A stretch of 64,000 bases of DNA from Kofleriaceae bacterium (lineage in GTDB: Bacteria; Myxococcota_A; Polyangia; Haliangiales; Haliangiaceae): assembly GCA_965215005.1 (NCBI GenBank), contig CBDCCZ010000014.1, positions 169,311 to 233,310 on the forward strand, written 5' to 3'. Below the pieces are notes generated by a model that searched no databases, was not told where the DNA came from, and saw nothing but the letters and a program-made list of their open reading frames with translations. Positions 9,498 to 18,891 of this stretch are shown piece after piece. Made by a program: the position numbers and the translations under genes. The stretch's first letter is position 1. Each line of letters opens with the position of its first letter.

Positions 9498-10778
9498 ATG
9501 TCGGACACAGCGAAACTCATCGTCGACGGCAAAGAGTATCAGTACCCCATCATCACCGGTACCGAAGACGAACGGGCCATCGACATCAGCAACCTGCGAA
9601 GCGATACCGGTTTGGTGACGATGGATCCGGGGTACAAAAACACCGGATCGACGCACAGCACCATCACCTATCTCGACGGCGAGAAGGGCATCCTCCGCTA
9701 CCGCGGCTATCCCATCGAGCAGCTCGCGGAGAACTCGAGCTTCGTCGAAACCAGCTACTTGCTCATCTTCGGCAAGCTGCCGAACAAGCAAGAGCTCGCG
9801 TCGTTTTCCGAGAAGCTCACCTATCACAGCATGCTGCACGAGCAGATGCGCCACTTCTTTGATGGCTTTCCCTACGACAGCCATCCAATGGCGATGCTCT
9901 CGTCGATGGTCTGCTCGCTGTCGGCCTACTACCCCGACTGCCTCGACCAGCGAACCTCGCCCGACGTGCATATTACGCGGCTGTTGTCGAAGGTCCGCAC
10001 CATCGCCTCGTTCGGCTACAAGAAGTCGATCGGCAAGCCGATCATGTATCCGAAGAACTCGCTCAGCTACTGCGCAAATTTCCTCCACATGATGTTTGCG
10101 GTGCCCGCAGAGCCGTATGAGCCCGATCCGGAGATGGTCAAGGCGCTCAACACCCTGCTCATCTTGCACGCTGATCACGAGCAAAACTGCTCGACCTCCA
10201 CGGTGCGCTTGGTCGGCTCATCAAACGCCAACCTTTACGCGGCGATCAGCGCCGGTGTGCTGGCGTTGTGGGGGCCGCTGCATGGTGGTGCCAATCAGGC
10301 CGTCATCGAGATGCTCGAAGAAATCGCGGAGAGCGGCGGCGACACCAAAAAGTTCATGAGCGACGTCAAGGACAAGAAGTCCGGCCGCCGGCTGATGGGC
10401 TTTGGCCATCGCGTCTACAAGAATTACGACCCGCGCGCCAAGATTCTCAAGAAGATGGCCGATCGGCTGCTGCCTCATCTCGGGGTGAGCGATCCGCTGC
10501 TCGACATCGCAAAGAATCTCGAAGAAGTCGCGCTCACCGACGAGTACTTCATCGCGCGCAAGCTCTATCCCAACGTCGACTTCTACAGCGGCGTGGTCTA
10601 TCGCGCCCTCGGCATCCCCACCAACATGTTCACGGTGATGTTCGCGCTCGGTCGACTGCCGGGCTGGATCGCGCAGTGGAAAGAGATGATGGAAGACCCG
10701 ACGCGGGTCATCGGTCGACCGCGGCAGATCTACACCGGCGAAACCGAGCGGACGTATACGCCGATCGATCAGCGCTGA
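9498..10778 (+). CDS. gltA: Citrate synthase (type II)
   Basis: DPGY, LHADHEQNCST, GPLHGGAN, GFGHRVYKNYDPR and YPNVDFYSG motifs. Confidence 0.98.
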   Translation: MSDTAKLIVDGKEYQYPIITGTEDERAIDISNLRSDTGLVTMDPGYKNTGSTHSTITYLDGEKGILRYRGYPIEQLAENSSFVETSYLLIFGKLPNKQELASFSEKLTYHSMLHEQMRHFFDGFPYDSHPMAMLSSMVCSLSAYYPDCLDQRTSPDVHITRLLSKVRTIASFGYKKSIGKPIMYPKNSLSYCANFLHMMFAVPAEPYEPDPEMVKALNTLLILHADHEQNCSTSTVRLVGSSNANLYAAISAGVLALWGPLHGGANQAVIEMLEEIAESGGDTKKFMSDVKDKKSGRRLMGFGHRVYKNYDPRAKILKKMADRLLPHLGVSDPLLDIAKNLEEVALTDEYFIARKLYPNVDFYSGVVYRALGIPTNMFTVMFALGRLPGWIAQWKEMMEDPTRVIGRPRQIYTGETERTYTPIDQR

Positions 10779-10864
10779 GCCCATCGGGCGTCGCCCGAGC
10801 CTGTACGTGCTGACCCGCATCAGCCGCCCTTGCACCCACGCGCTGCGCGCGGCAAAGTCGGCGC

Positions 10865-11281
10865 GTGCACCCCAACGTTGCCGAACCTACATCCAGCGCC
10901 GTCACCCAAGGAATCCGGGTGACGGTGCAGTCGATCTATTTGCCGGATCAGTCAGAGCCCGAAGACCGCCGCTACGTATTCGCCTACACCGTGTCGATCT
11001 CCAATGAGGGCCCGCAACCGGCGCAGCTTCGCACCCGGCACTGGATCATCACCGACGGCGCCGGCCAAATCGAGGAAGTGCGCGGTGACGGCGTGGTGGG
11101 CGAGCAGCCACACCTGCTCCCCGGCGATAGCTTCCAGTACACGTCCGGCTGCGTGCTCAAGACCCCGCTCGGGACCATGCACGGCACCTATCAGATGATC
11201 CGCGACGATGGCTCGAACTTTGAAGCCACCATTGCTCCCTTCACCCTCGCATCGCCGGTCTCGGGCCGAGTGCTCAACTGA
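10865..11281 (+). CDS. apaG: ApaG protein
   Basis: YVFAYTVSISN, RHWIITD, GDGVVGEQP, FQYTSG and GTMHG motifs. Confidence 0.95.
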   Translation: MHPNVAEPTSSAVTQGIRVTVQSIYLPDQSEPEDRRYVFAYTVSISNEGPQPAQLRTRHWIITDGAGQIEEVRGDGVVGEQPHLLPGDSFQYTSGCVLKTPLGTMHGTYQMIRDDGSNFEATIAPFTLASPVSGRVLN

Positions 11282-11495
11282 GACCGATCCCGCTCAGCGC
11301 TATTCAACAGCGATAGCCGTTGCAACGCCAGATGTGGCTTTCACGGCGGTAGGAGCGACGGGTGCGTGAGCACCCGGCGCTGGCGGCGTGACGGAGGTTG
11401 CGCCGCAGTGGGAGTCTGGCCCCCACGAGCAGACGCAGCATGGCTGCTAAGTATGCGTTGACGCGAACTGTGGCGGTGGCATTGAGTTTGCTGCT

Positions 11496-12824
11496 GTGAC
11501 GCATCCGATGACCACGCCGCGGTACCACGTCTCCAAGAACCGCCTCGAAGGCTCGCTGTGCGACACCTCGCTCGGACAGCTCCTCGACTCGTGCCGCAAG
11601 CACCTCGTGACGGGCGAGATTCGGATCGTTGGGGCCGGTGGTCAGCCTCGGCGAGGCCACGTGCGGGTTCGTGCAGGGGCTGTCGATGAAGCGCAGTGGG
11701 GTGAGCTCCGGGGCGATCTCGCAGTGGTCGAGATGCGCGGGCTCACCGACGGGCTCTACGAGCTTGGCCAACGCCTGCCCGACCTCGGGGGCGAGCTCGG
11801 CGAGGCGGCGGCGTGCGCCGGTGAGCTCAAGGACGTGCCGCTGGCGGCGATCATGCGTCACTGCGAGGAGCAAGCGCTATCGTGCACCATCGCCATCAGC
11901 GGCGTCGAAGGCAGCGGTGAGATCAGCTATCGAGCTGGCGAAATCGTCGGCTGGTCCATGAATGGCGACAGCAGTGAGGACGCCATCGTCGCGGTCACGC
12001 AAGTGCGCGACGGCCACTTTCGCGTCGATTCGCCGCCGCTCGCCCTGGATATCGGTGGCTGGCCGTCGGTGTCCAGGGATCCGACGCAACCCTTCAAGAT
12101 CGAGCACTTGGCGGCGATGCGGCCCAAACCTGCCAAGCCGTCCGCACCCGTTGTGGCGCCGCCGCCGGTGCCTATTGGCGGGGCAACCGGCGCCTTGCGA
12201 GCTGCGGCGCCAGCGGCCGCGACGCCAGCGACCCCGCCACCGCTGCCGGGCTTGGGTGTGGCATCAGGCGCGGCGCGGGACGAAGGACCAGTGATCATCG
12301 AAGCGGCCGATCGAGCCCCCGCGACGGCCATCTCGGCGCCGCCGGCAGGCAGCGATGCGCACAGTGGCACAGACAGAACCCCTGCGCTGCTGAGCCGCGC
12401 CGCGCGCGGCACCGGCGCCGCGGCAGTGCCCCACGCAGGCGGGGGTGCCGCAGCGTCCACCGTTCCCAAGCTTGCAGATGCCGAGCTTCCCAGTGCCGCC
12501 GCTGCCCTCGAGCTTCCAGACGCAGCGCTTCCCAACGCCGCCGCTGAGGTTGGCGACCCCGCCGGCCCGCCGATGCCTCCGCCGGGCGGCGCCGCGCCTA
12601 TCGAGCAGTCGCTTCCGCGCGAGTCCGATCGCGGCGAGGGCCGCGCCGCGGCGAGCCCGGGCTGGGCGGTGCCGCCCTTGCCTGCTCTCGCTGAGCCAAT
12701 GCGGCCTCCTCCGCGGCTCTCTACGGAGTCGAGCCGCGGCCGCGATTGGCGCGTCTTCGCCGCCGTGAGTATCGCGCTCGTGGTGTTTGCCGCGCTGCTT
12801 TGGTGGGTTTTGGGCGTGCTTTGA
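11496..12824 (+). CDS. Tandem DUF4388 (PATAN-like) domain protein with Pro/Ala linker and C-terminal TM anchor
   Basis: Repeated LEGSLCDTSLGQLL...TGEI and AGELKDVPLAAIM...SCTI domains, a low-complexity linker and a hydrophobic C-terminus. Confidence 0.7.
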   Translation: MTHPMTTPRYHVSKNRLEGSLCDTSLGQLLDSCRKHLVTGEIRIVGAGGQPRRGHVRVRAGAVDEAQWGELRGDLAVVEMRGLTDGLYELGQRLPDLGGELGEAAACAGELKDVPLAAIMRHCEEQALSCTIAISGVEGSGEISYRAGEIVGWSMNGDSSEDAIVAVTQVRDGHFRVDSPPLALDIGGWPSVSRDPTQPFKIEHLAAMRPKPAKPSAPVVAPPPVPIGGATGALRAAAPAAATPATPPPLPGLGVASGAARDEGPVIIEAADRAPATAISAPPAGSDAHSGTDRTPALLSRAARGTGAAAVPHAGGGAAASTVPKLADAELPSAAAALELPDAALPNAAAEVGDPAGPPMPPPGGAAPIEQSLPRESDRGEGRAAASPGWAVPPLPALAEPMRPPPRLSTESSRGRDWRVFAAVSIALVVFAALLWWVLGVL

Positions 12825-13001
12825 GCACCTGCGAAGTCGTGTCAGCAAGCGCATAGCATTGCAAGGCTGTTGCGGGTCCCGGCGGCGATTTCCGCGCAAA
12901 CAATCCCCCTTCGCCCTACGAGGCGCCGCCTGGCTGCCCGCGCCGATGATTTTGCGGTAGCTTTGCTCGACCGCGCCGGCGGATCGAGCGTTGAAGTTCG
13001 A

Positions 13002-13670
13002 ATGGCTCTGCCCCACCCACACGAAACTGCCAGCGTCCTCGTCGCGCGGGCCAAAGCCGGAGACGATCACGCCTTCGGTGAGCTGGTCCGCCGGTATCGC
13101 GACCGAATCCTGGCGCTCGCGCTGCATATGACCGGCGATGAGAGCGAAGCCGATGACATCGCGCAGGAGGTGTTCCTGCGCGCCTACGCCAAGCTCAGCG
13201 ACTTCCAAGGCCGCAGCGAATTCTTCACCTGGGTCTATCGCATGACCGTCAACCGCTGCCTCAACCTCACTCGCGACCGCAAACGCCGCTGCGAGACCGC
13301 ATTGGACGATCCCCGCATCGCCCGCGCTGTCGCCGTCGACGCCGCAGGCGACCCGGTCAAGGCCACCGCGCTGCGCCAAACTTACGCCCGGCTCCTCGTC
13401 GAGCTCGACCGCTTGCCGCCGGCGATGCGCACCTCCGTCATCCTGGTCGCGCTGCAGGGTCTTAGTCACGCCGAGGCCGGCGTGGTGCAAAAGTGCTCGG
13501 CAGGCACCGTTGCGTGGCGGATTCACGAAGCGCGCGTGCGGCTAAAGGCGGCTCTGGAGCCCTCTGCCAGCGGCGCGCCGGTGCGCCGGCGACGCTCGAG
13601 CATCTCCGGCGAAATGGTCAGACTGCTGCGCGAGTTTGGCCTGCCGCTCGCGTCTAGCTCGAGCCACTGA
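13002..13670 (+). CDS. ECF sigma-70 family RNA polymerase sigma factor
   Basis: AFGELVRRY, ADDIAQEVF, FQGRSEFFTWVYR and region-4 GLSHAEA...GTVAWRIHEAR. Confidence 0.92.
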   Translation: MALPHPHETASVLVARAKAGDDHAFGELVRRYRDRILALALHMTGDESEADDIAQEVFLRAYAKLSDFQGRSEFFTWVYRMTVNRCLNLTRDRKRRCETALDDPRIARAVAVDAAGDPVKATALRQTYARLLVELDRLPPAMRTSVILVALQGLSHAEAGVVQKCSAGTVAWRIHEARVRLKAALEPSASGAPVRRRRSSISGEMVRLLREFGLPLASSSSH

Positions 13671-13804
13671 GCATCGCGTGAGCGCGACGCGGCGTTCGCA
13701 TCGCACCCGCGACGTAGCAGGCACAACGAGGAGCCGCACGCGCTGGCGCCGAGCGCCTGCCGCGAGCTAAGCTCGATTTCTAACTGGTACCGTCGAGGAG
13801 CTCG

Positions 13805-14326
13805 ATGCGCCGCTTGATACTCGCCGCCCTGCTATCGCTAAGCATCTCCGGCTGCTCGCTCGTCACCGTCGAGCAGTCGCCGTTCGATCCGCTCGACATT
13901 CGAGCCGAGCGACCACCTCCTCCACCCCCGCGGGTGGTGCTCACCGAGTCGAGCATTCAGATCAATGAGAAGGTCCAGTTCGAGCTCGGCAAGGCAACGC
14001 TGCTGCCCGCCTCGCACTCGCTGCTCGACGAGGTGGCGCAAGTGCTGAAAGAGAACCCGCAAATCACCAAGATTTCAGTCGAAGGTCACACCGACACGAC
14101 CGGCGGAATGGCGCGCAACCAAGAGCTCTCGCGGCAGCGCGCCGAGTCGGTGCGCAGCTATCTCGCTAGCAAAGGCATCGCCGGCAAGCGCATGGTCGCT
14201 CACGGCTATGGGCCCGAGCGACCTATCGCCAGTAACGACACGGAAGAAGGTCGAGAAGCCAATCGCCGGGTCGAGTTCAACATCCTCGAGCAAGGGCCCA
14301 AGAAGGTCCTCGTTCAAGACGAATAG
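13805..14326 (+). CDS. OmpA-like peptidoglycan-binding lipoprotein
   Basis: Lipobox ISGC; VEGHTD, LSRQRA, GYGPERP and NRRVEF motifs; RBS GAGGAG. Confidence 0.92.
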   Translation: MRRLILAALLSLSISGCSLVTVEQSPFDPLDIRAERPPPPPPRVVLTESSIQINEKVQFELGKATLLPASHSLLDEVAQVLKENPQITKISVEGHTDTTGGMARNQELSRQRAESVRSYLASKGIAGKRMVAHGYGPERPIASNDTEEGREANRRVEFNILEQGPKKVLVQDE

Positions 14327-14328
14327 AG

Positions 14329-14712
14329 GTGGAAGTCATGGCGCACCTTCATAAAGCCAGAAACCTGGCTCTCGCCCTGCTCAGCCTCGTCGCCGCTTGT
14401 GGTGGCTCCGGGCTCGGCGCCAACGTCCGCAGCGACATCCGCACCCAGGTAGCGACCATCCAGGAGCCGGTGGCGGCGTGTTATGAAGCAGCCCTGGAGC
14501 GGGATCGCAAGCTGCGCGGCCGGATGCTCGTCGGCTTCGATGCGGCGCCCAAGACCGGCGAATTTACCAACGTTCACATCGTAGAGAGCGAGCTGAGCGA
14601 CCCCGACCTCGAGCGCTGCGTCACCGAGCACGTCGCTCGCCTGCGTCTTTCGACGCCGCAGAAGGCCAAAGTCGCCGCCAGCTATCCGCTCGACTTCGCC
14701 CCCACCAACTAG
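14329..14712 (+). CDS. Lipoprotein with AgmX/PglI-type TonB-C-like domain
   Basis: Lipobox VAAC; ACYEAALERDRKLRG...LERCV...YPLDF pattern with paired Cys. Confidence 0.7.
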   Translation: MEVMAHLHKARNLALALLSLVAACGGSGLGANVRSDIRTQVATIQEPVAACYEAALERDRKLRGRMLVGFDAAPKTGEFTNVHIVESELSDPDLERCVTEHVARLRLSTPQKAKVAASYPLDFAPTN

Positions 14713-14749
14713 TACCCGGCCACAGGGAAGATGATCGATTCAGGCACCT

Positions 14750-15010
14750 TCACCGAAGGGTGGGGAGATGCTCGGGGCGGACCAGTAGCTCAATGCTTCG
14801 AGCCGTGCGTGGCGTTCGGCGGATCAACCCCTTGCGCTCGAGCTCTCTCACCATTCTGTGCACGGTAGGCGGCGTCACGTCGAAGAAGCGCTGCATGTCA
14901 GCTTCGGCTGGTGGCCGTCGGTTGAGCTTGGTGTAGGAGTGAATAAAGGCCAGGTATTGGCCCTGTAACGGGGTGAAGTTGGCGCAATTCGTCTGCGATG
15001 GGATCGACAC
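14750..15010 (-). CDS. Stand-alone LexA-type winged-helix DNA-binding protein (IS passenger)
   Basis: FTPLQGQYLAFIHSY...RPPAEADM...TVHRMVRELERKGLIRRTPRTARSIEL matches the LexA N-terminal domain. No peptidase domain. Confidence 0.8.
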   Translation of the reverse strand: MSIPSQTNCANFTPLQGQYLAFIHSYTKLNRRPPAEADMQRFFDVTPPTVHRMVRELERKGLIRRTPRTARSIELLVRPEHLPTLR

Positions 15011-15057
15011 GATCGTCGGATGATGATCCCGTCGGCGTTCTCTGGAAAGGGGACGCG

Positions 15058-16200
15058 ATGAACGTCAAATATGTGGTGGAGCTGAGCGAAGCGGAACGCG
15101 AGGAGTTACGGGCGCTTGTTCGCGGCGGGACGAAGTTGGCTCGCACCGTGAAGCGCGCCCAGGTTCTTCTTGCGGCTGACGAGGGTACGGCGGATGCATC
15201 GATCGCTGCCACGGTCCGGGTCGGCACATCAACGGTGTATCGAACCAAGCGGCGATTCGTGGAGGATGGGCTCCAGCGAGCCCTCAACGATGCCCCCCGA
15301 CCGGGAGCCGGGCGTAAGCTGACAGGCAAGGAAGAAGCATTGCTGGTGGCGCTGGCGTGCTCAGATCCGCCCGCCGGCCGCGCCAGGTGGACCATGGAGC
15401 TGATAGCTGGTGCGTTCGTCGAGATGACCGAGCACGATGAACTTTCGGGTGAGACCGTGCGCCGCCGCCTAAAGGAGAAAAAGATCAAGCCTTGGCAGCA
15501 CAAGATGTGGTGCATCCCGAACGTGAACGCGGCGTACGTAGCGCGGATGGAGGACGTGCTCGAATTGTATGCAGAGCCTGCTTCCGAGGAAGCGCCGGTC
15601 GTGTGCTTCGACGAATCACCGGTGCAGCTCATAGGAGAGACGCGCCGACCGATTCCTGCATCGGCCGGCAGACCCGCACGTATCGACTACGAGTATCGCC
15701 GCAACGGCACCGCCAACCTCTTTGTGTTCCTGGACGCGCATCGCCCGTGGAGGCACGTGAAAGTGACCGATCACCGCAAATGCGACGATTTCGCCGAGTG
15801 CATGCGGGATCTGGTCGACTCCCATTACCCAAACGCCAAAAAAATCCGAGTCGTGATGGACAATCTGTCGACGCACAGTGAAGCCGCGCTCTATCAAAGC
15901 TTCGCTCCCGCTGAAGCCCGACGCATCCTTCGCAAGATTGACTTCCACTTCGTGCCCAAGCACGCGAGCTGGCTCAACATGGTGGAGATCGAGATCGGTG
16001 TGCTCAAGAAGCAGTGCTTGAGCCGCCGCATAGAGGATCAGCAGACACTCCGCTCAGAGATCGCAGCGTGGCAGACCACGCGCAACGAGACGGGCCGACG
16101 CATCCGGTGGATGTTCACAATCGAAAAGGCGCGCCAGAAGATGGGCCGAGCCTACCCGGAGCCCGCATCCGCCGCGTCCCCCGGTGAGGCCGCGGCCTGA
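15058..16200 (+). CDS. IS630-family DDE transposase
   Basis: N-terminal HTH (DAPRPG); VVCFDES, VVMDNLSTH and PKHASWLNMVEIE motifs; single intact frame. Confidence 0.95.
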   Translation: MNVKYVVELSEAEREELRALVRGGTKLARTVKRAQVLLAADEGTADASIAATVRVGTSTVYRTKRRFVEDGLQRALNDAPRPGAGRKLTGKEEALLVALACSDPPAGRARWTMELIAGAFVEMTEHDELSGETVRRRLKEKKIKPWQHKMWCIPNVNAAYVARMEDVLELYAEPASEEAPVVCFDESPVQLIGETRRPIPASAGRPARIDYEYRRNGTANLFVFLDAHRPWRHVKVTDHRKCDDFAECMRDLVDSHYPNAKKIRVVMDNLSTHSEAALYQSFAPAEARRILRKIDFHFVPKHASWLNMVEIEIGVLKKQCLSRRIEDQQTLRSEIAAWQTTRNETGRRIRWMFTIEKARQKMGRAYPEPASAASPGEAAA

Positions 16201-16308
16201 ATGAGTCAAAACCACTGTGGCCGGGTACTAGCGCGTTGCTCGCCGCGGCACCTGCCGCCGCCGCGCGCTGTTGCCGAGCGACCTTCCAGTTCGCCTATAC
16301 TCCGCGGC

Positions 16309-16797
16309 ATGAGCTTGCCCATCGCCCCGGCGGCCAAGAAGAAGCCCAGCCGACAGCCCACGCACCGCGCAATCGACCATGCACGCCTCCTAAGGCTCGG
16401 CAGTGACGTCGAGGACGAGGCCGACGAAGACACCGTCGACTTCGCGCTCATCGATCGCATGGCCGTCGAGCAGGGCATTCCGCACAGCCACCTCTACGCC
16501 GGTGTGGCGCTGACCACCGAGCTCACCGTCGAGGCCGAGGCAGCGGTGCAAGTGGCGGTATGCGTTGGCCACTGTCAGCAGTGGGGCGCCCTCGAGTGCA
16601 TCGATGCACTTGCAGACGCGCGCATCGAGCGCGGCGAACGCGGCGCTCCCACCTTCGACATTCTCCCTAAAGAGTGCCTCGATGCCTGCGAGCACGCCGC
16701 CGCGGTGAAGCTCCGCACTCCTGCCGGCACCGCGCTGATCCCTGCAGCCACCCCCGCAGCACTCGTCGAGGCGGTGGAGACCGCGCTCGACGAGTAG
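16309..16797 (+). CDS. Thioredoxin-like [2Fe-2S] ferredoxin (NuoE-like) domain protein
   Basis: VCVGHCQQWGA...ECLDACEHA four-Cys pattern preceded by a NuoE-like helical segment. Confidence 0.65.
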   Translation: MSLPIAPAAKKKPSRQPTHRAIDHARLLRLGSDVEDEADEDTVDFALIDRMAVEQGIPHSHLYAGVALTTELTVEAEAAVQVAVCVGHCQQWGALECIDALADARIERGERGAPTFDILPKECLDACEHAAAVKLRTPAGTALIPAATPAALVEAVETALDE

Positions 16798-16810
16798 CGC
16801 CTTGAAACGC

Positions 16811-18709
16811 TCAGGCGGCGCGCGCCATCAACTCGGACATCAGCTGCACGAACGCCGACGGATCGTCGAGCGCGCCGCCCTCGGCCAACACCGCCTGGCC
16901 GTAAAGGAGCTTTGCGTAGTCGCCGATGAGTGGATCCGAGCTCGATCCCGAATGCCGTGCCGCGAGCTTTTCCACAACCGGGTGCCGCGGGTTGACCTCG
17001 AGGATTCGCTTTGACGTCGGAATGCTTTGCCCGGTGGCCTTCATCAACCGCTCCATCTGAGGAGTGAGGTCACCCCCCGCGGTCACCAAGCACGTCGCCG
17101 ACGTCGTGAGGCGCTTCGAAACCCGCACTTCCTTGACCTGCTCCTGCAGCGCCGCGCGCATCGCCATTAGCAATCCGTCGAGCTCCTGGCTTGCAGCTCC
17201 CTCGTCCTTGGTGGTCTCTTCGGCGCTGCTCTCCTCGGCTTTTTCGAGCTCGGGAACCTCGGCGGACAGGACACTCACCAGCTTCTTGTCCTGATACTCC
17301 GCCCGTTGTTGCAGCCAGATCTCATCCACCTGATCGGTGAAGAACAGCACCTCGATGCCGCGCTCGCGAAACGCTTCGAGGTGCGGCGAACGCCGCAATG
17401 TGTCGAGATTTTGCCCCGTGAGGTAGTAGATGGATTCCTGACCCTCTTTCATCCGCTCGACGTATTCGGCCAGCGAGGTCGGCGCGTCGGGATCCCGGGT
17501 GGAAGCAGTGATGACCAGCTCGAGCACCCGCTCTTCGCGCTGGCCGCTGGTCAACAGCCCTTCTTTCAGGCAGGGCCCGAGCTCTCGCCAAAATTCCCGG
17601 TACCCGGGAGCATCATCCCGCTTTAGCTCGACCAGCGCATCCAGCACCTTTTTGACCAGGTGCTTGCGAATCACCTGTACCTGGCGATTCTGCTGAAGGA
17701 GCTCTCGCGAGACGTTCAGCGGCAGATCCTCGGCATCGACCACGCCCTTGACGAACCGCAAGTAGCTCGGCAAGAGCTCTTCGCACTCATCCATGATGAA
17801 GACGCGCTTGACGTAGAGCTGCACGCCGCGCCGGCTCATGTCGCGGTAATACAGATCGAAGGGCGCCCGCGACGGAACGAACAGCAACGCACGGGCCTCG
17901 AAGCTACCCTCGATCTTGGTGGCGATACGCAGCCGCGGGTCGCTCCAGTCATGCGAGACGTGTTTGTAGAACTCGTTATACTCCTGGTCGGTCACCTCGT
18001 CGGCGGGGCGTGTCCAGATCGCCTTCTGCGAGTTGAGGGTTTCCTCACCGCCGTCATCGCCTTCTTTGGCGATGCGGATCGGATAGCCGACGAAGTCTGA
18101 ATAGCGCCGAATCAGACCTTGCAGCACCCAACGGTCGGCGTAATCCGCGATGCCCTCTTCCTGATCGGCAGCGACGAGATGCAGCGTCACGCTGGTGCCT
18201 GGAGTCTGCCGGCTGGCATCATCGACGGTGTAGGTGCCGTCTCCCGTCGATTCCCAGCGACTCGCGGCTTCCTCGCCGACCTTGCGCGTGACCAGAACCA
18301 CGCGCTCGGCGACCAAGAAGCTCGAGTAAAAGCCGACGCCAAACTGGCCGATGAGCTCTGGCCGTGCCTCGCCCTCGCCCTTCTGGCGCAGCAGCTCAGC
18401 CAACTCGCGAGTGCCCGAGCGAGCAATCGTGCCGATGTTGGCGATGAGCTCCTCGCGGCTCATGCCGATGCCGTTGTCGGAGATGGTGAGCGTGCGCGCG
18501 TCGCGATCGACCTCGAGCCGGATCGCCAGCTCCTCGGCGGCGGCGAGCTCGGGCTGGGTCACCGCCGCAAAGCGACGCTTATCCAACGCATCGGAGGCGT
18601 TGGAGATCAGCTCGCGCAGGAAGATGTCGCGGTTGGAGTAGAGCGAGTGGATCATTAGATCCAACAGGCGCTTGGTCTCGGTCTGAAATTCGTAGCGGTT
18701 CGATGTCAT
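16811..18709 (-). CDS. htpG: Chaperone HtpG (Hsp90)
   Basis: YSNRDIFLRELISNASDALDK, DNGIGM, IGQFGVGFYS and DLPLNVSRE motifs. Confidence 0.98.
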   Translation of the reverse strand: MTSNRYEFQTETKRLLDLMIHSLYSNRDIFLRELISNASDALDKRRFAAVTQPELAAAEELAIRLEVDRDARTLTISDNGIGMSREELIANIGTIARSGTRELAELLRQKGEGEARPELIGQFGVGFYSSFLVAERVVLVTRKVGEEAASRWESTGDGTYTVDDASRQTPGTSVTLHLVAADQEEGIADYADRWVLQGLIRRYSDFVGYPIRIAKEGDDGGEETLNSQKAIWTRPADEVTDQEYNEFYKHVSHDWSDPRLRIATKIEGSFEARALLFVPSRAPFDLYYRDMSRRGVQLYVKRVFIMDECEELLPSYLRFVKGVVDAEDLPLNVSRELLQQNRQVQVIRKHLVKKVLDALVELKRDDAPGYREFWRELGPCLKEGLLTSGQREERVLELVITASTRDPDAPTSLAEYVERMKEGQESIYYLTGQNLDTLRRSPHLEAFRERGIEVLFFTDQVDEIWLQQRAEYQDKKLVSVLSAEVPELEKAEESSAEETTKDEGAASQELDGLLMAMRAALQEQVKEVRVSKRLTTSATCLVTAGGDLTPQMERLMKATGQSIPTSKRILEVNPRHPVVEKLAARHSGSSSDPLIGDYAKLLYGQAVLAEGGALDDPSAFVQLMSELMARAA

Positions 18710-18891
18710 GGCGTGTGGTCTCGGAAGGAAGCTGAGGGGGCTTGGTAAGCACGCCATGCCGGGCCCGCAAGGGTGAAATGTGCCTCCGGGGGCAAGATCC
18801 GGCAAGCTTCTGCTCAAACGAGCTCCTCGCATTCTGCCGCTGGCTCGTCACTGCCTTTACCGCTAGCCTGCCGGGAAACGTCGAGACCACC

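Larger units (their letters stand above)
14712..16228 (+). mobile_element. Complete IS630-family insertion sequence (1517 bp) with a passenger gene
   Basis: Terminal inverted repeats GTACCCGGCCACAG (14712-14725) and CTGTGGCCGGGTAC (16215-16228), extendable to 26/34 matches ending ATTCAGGC. TA duplication at 14710-14711 and 16229-16230 in a CTAG context. Confidence 0.93.
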
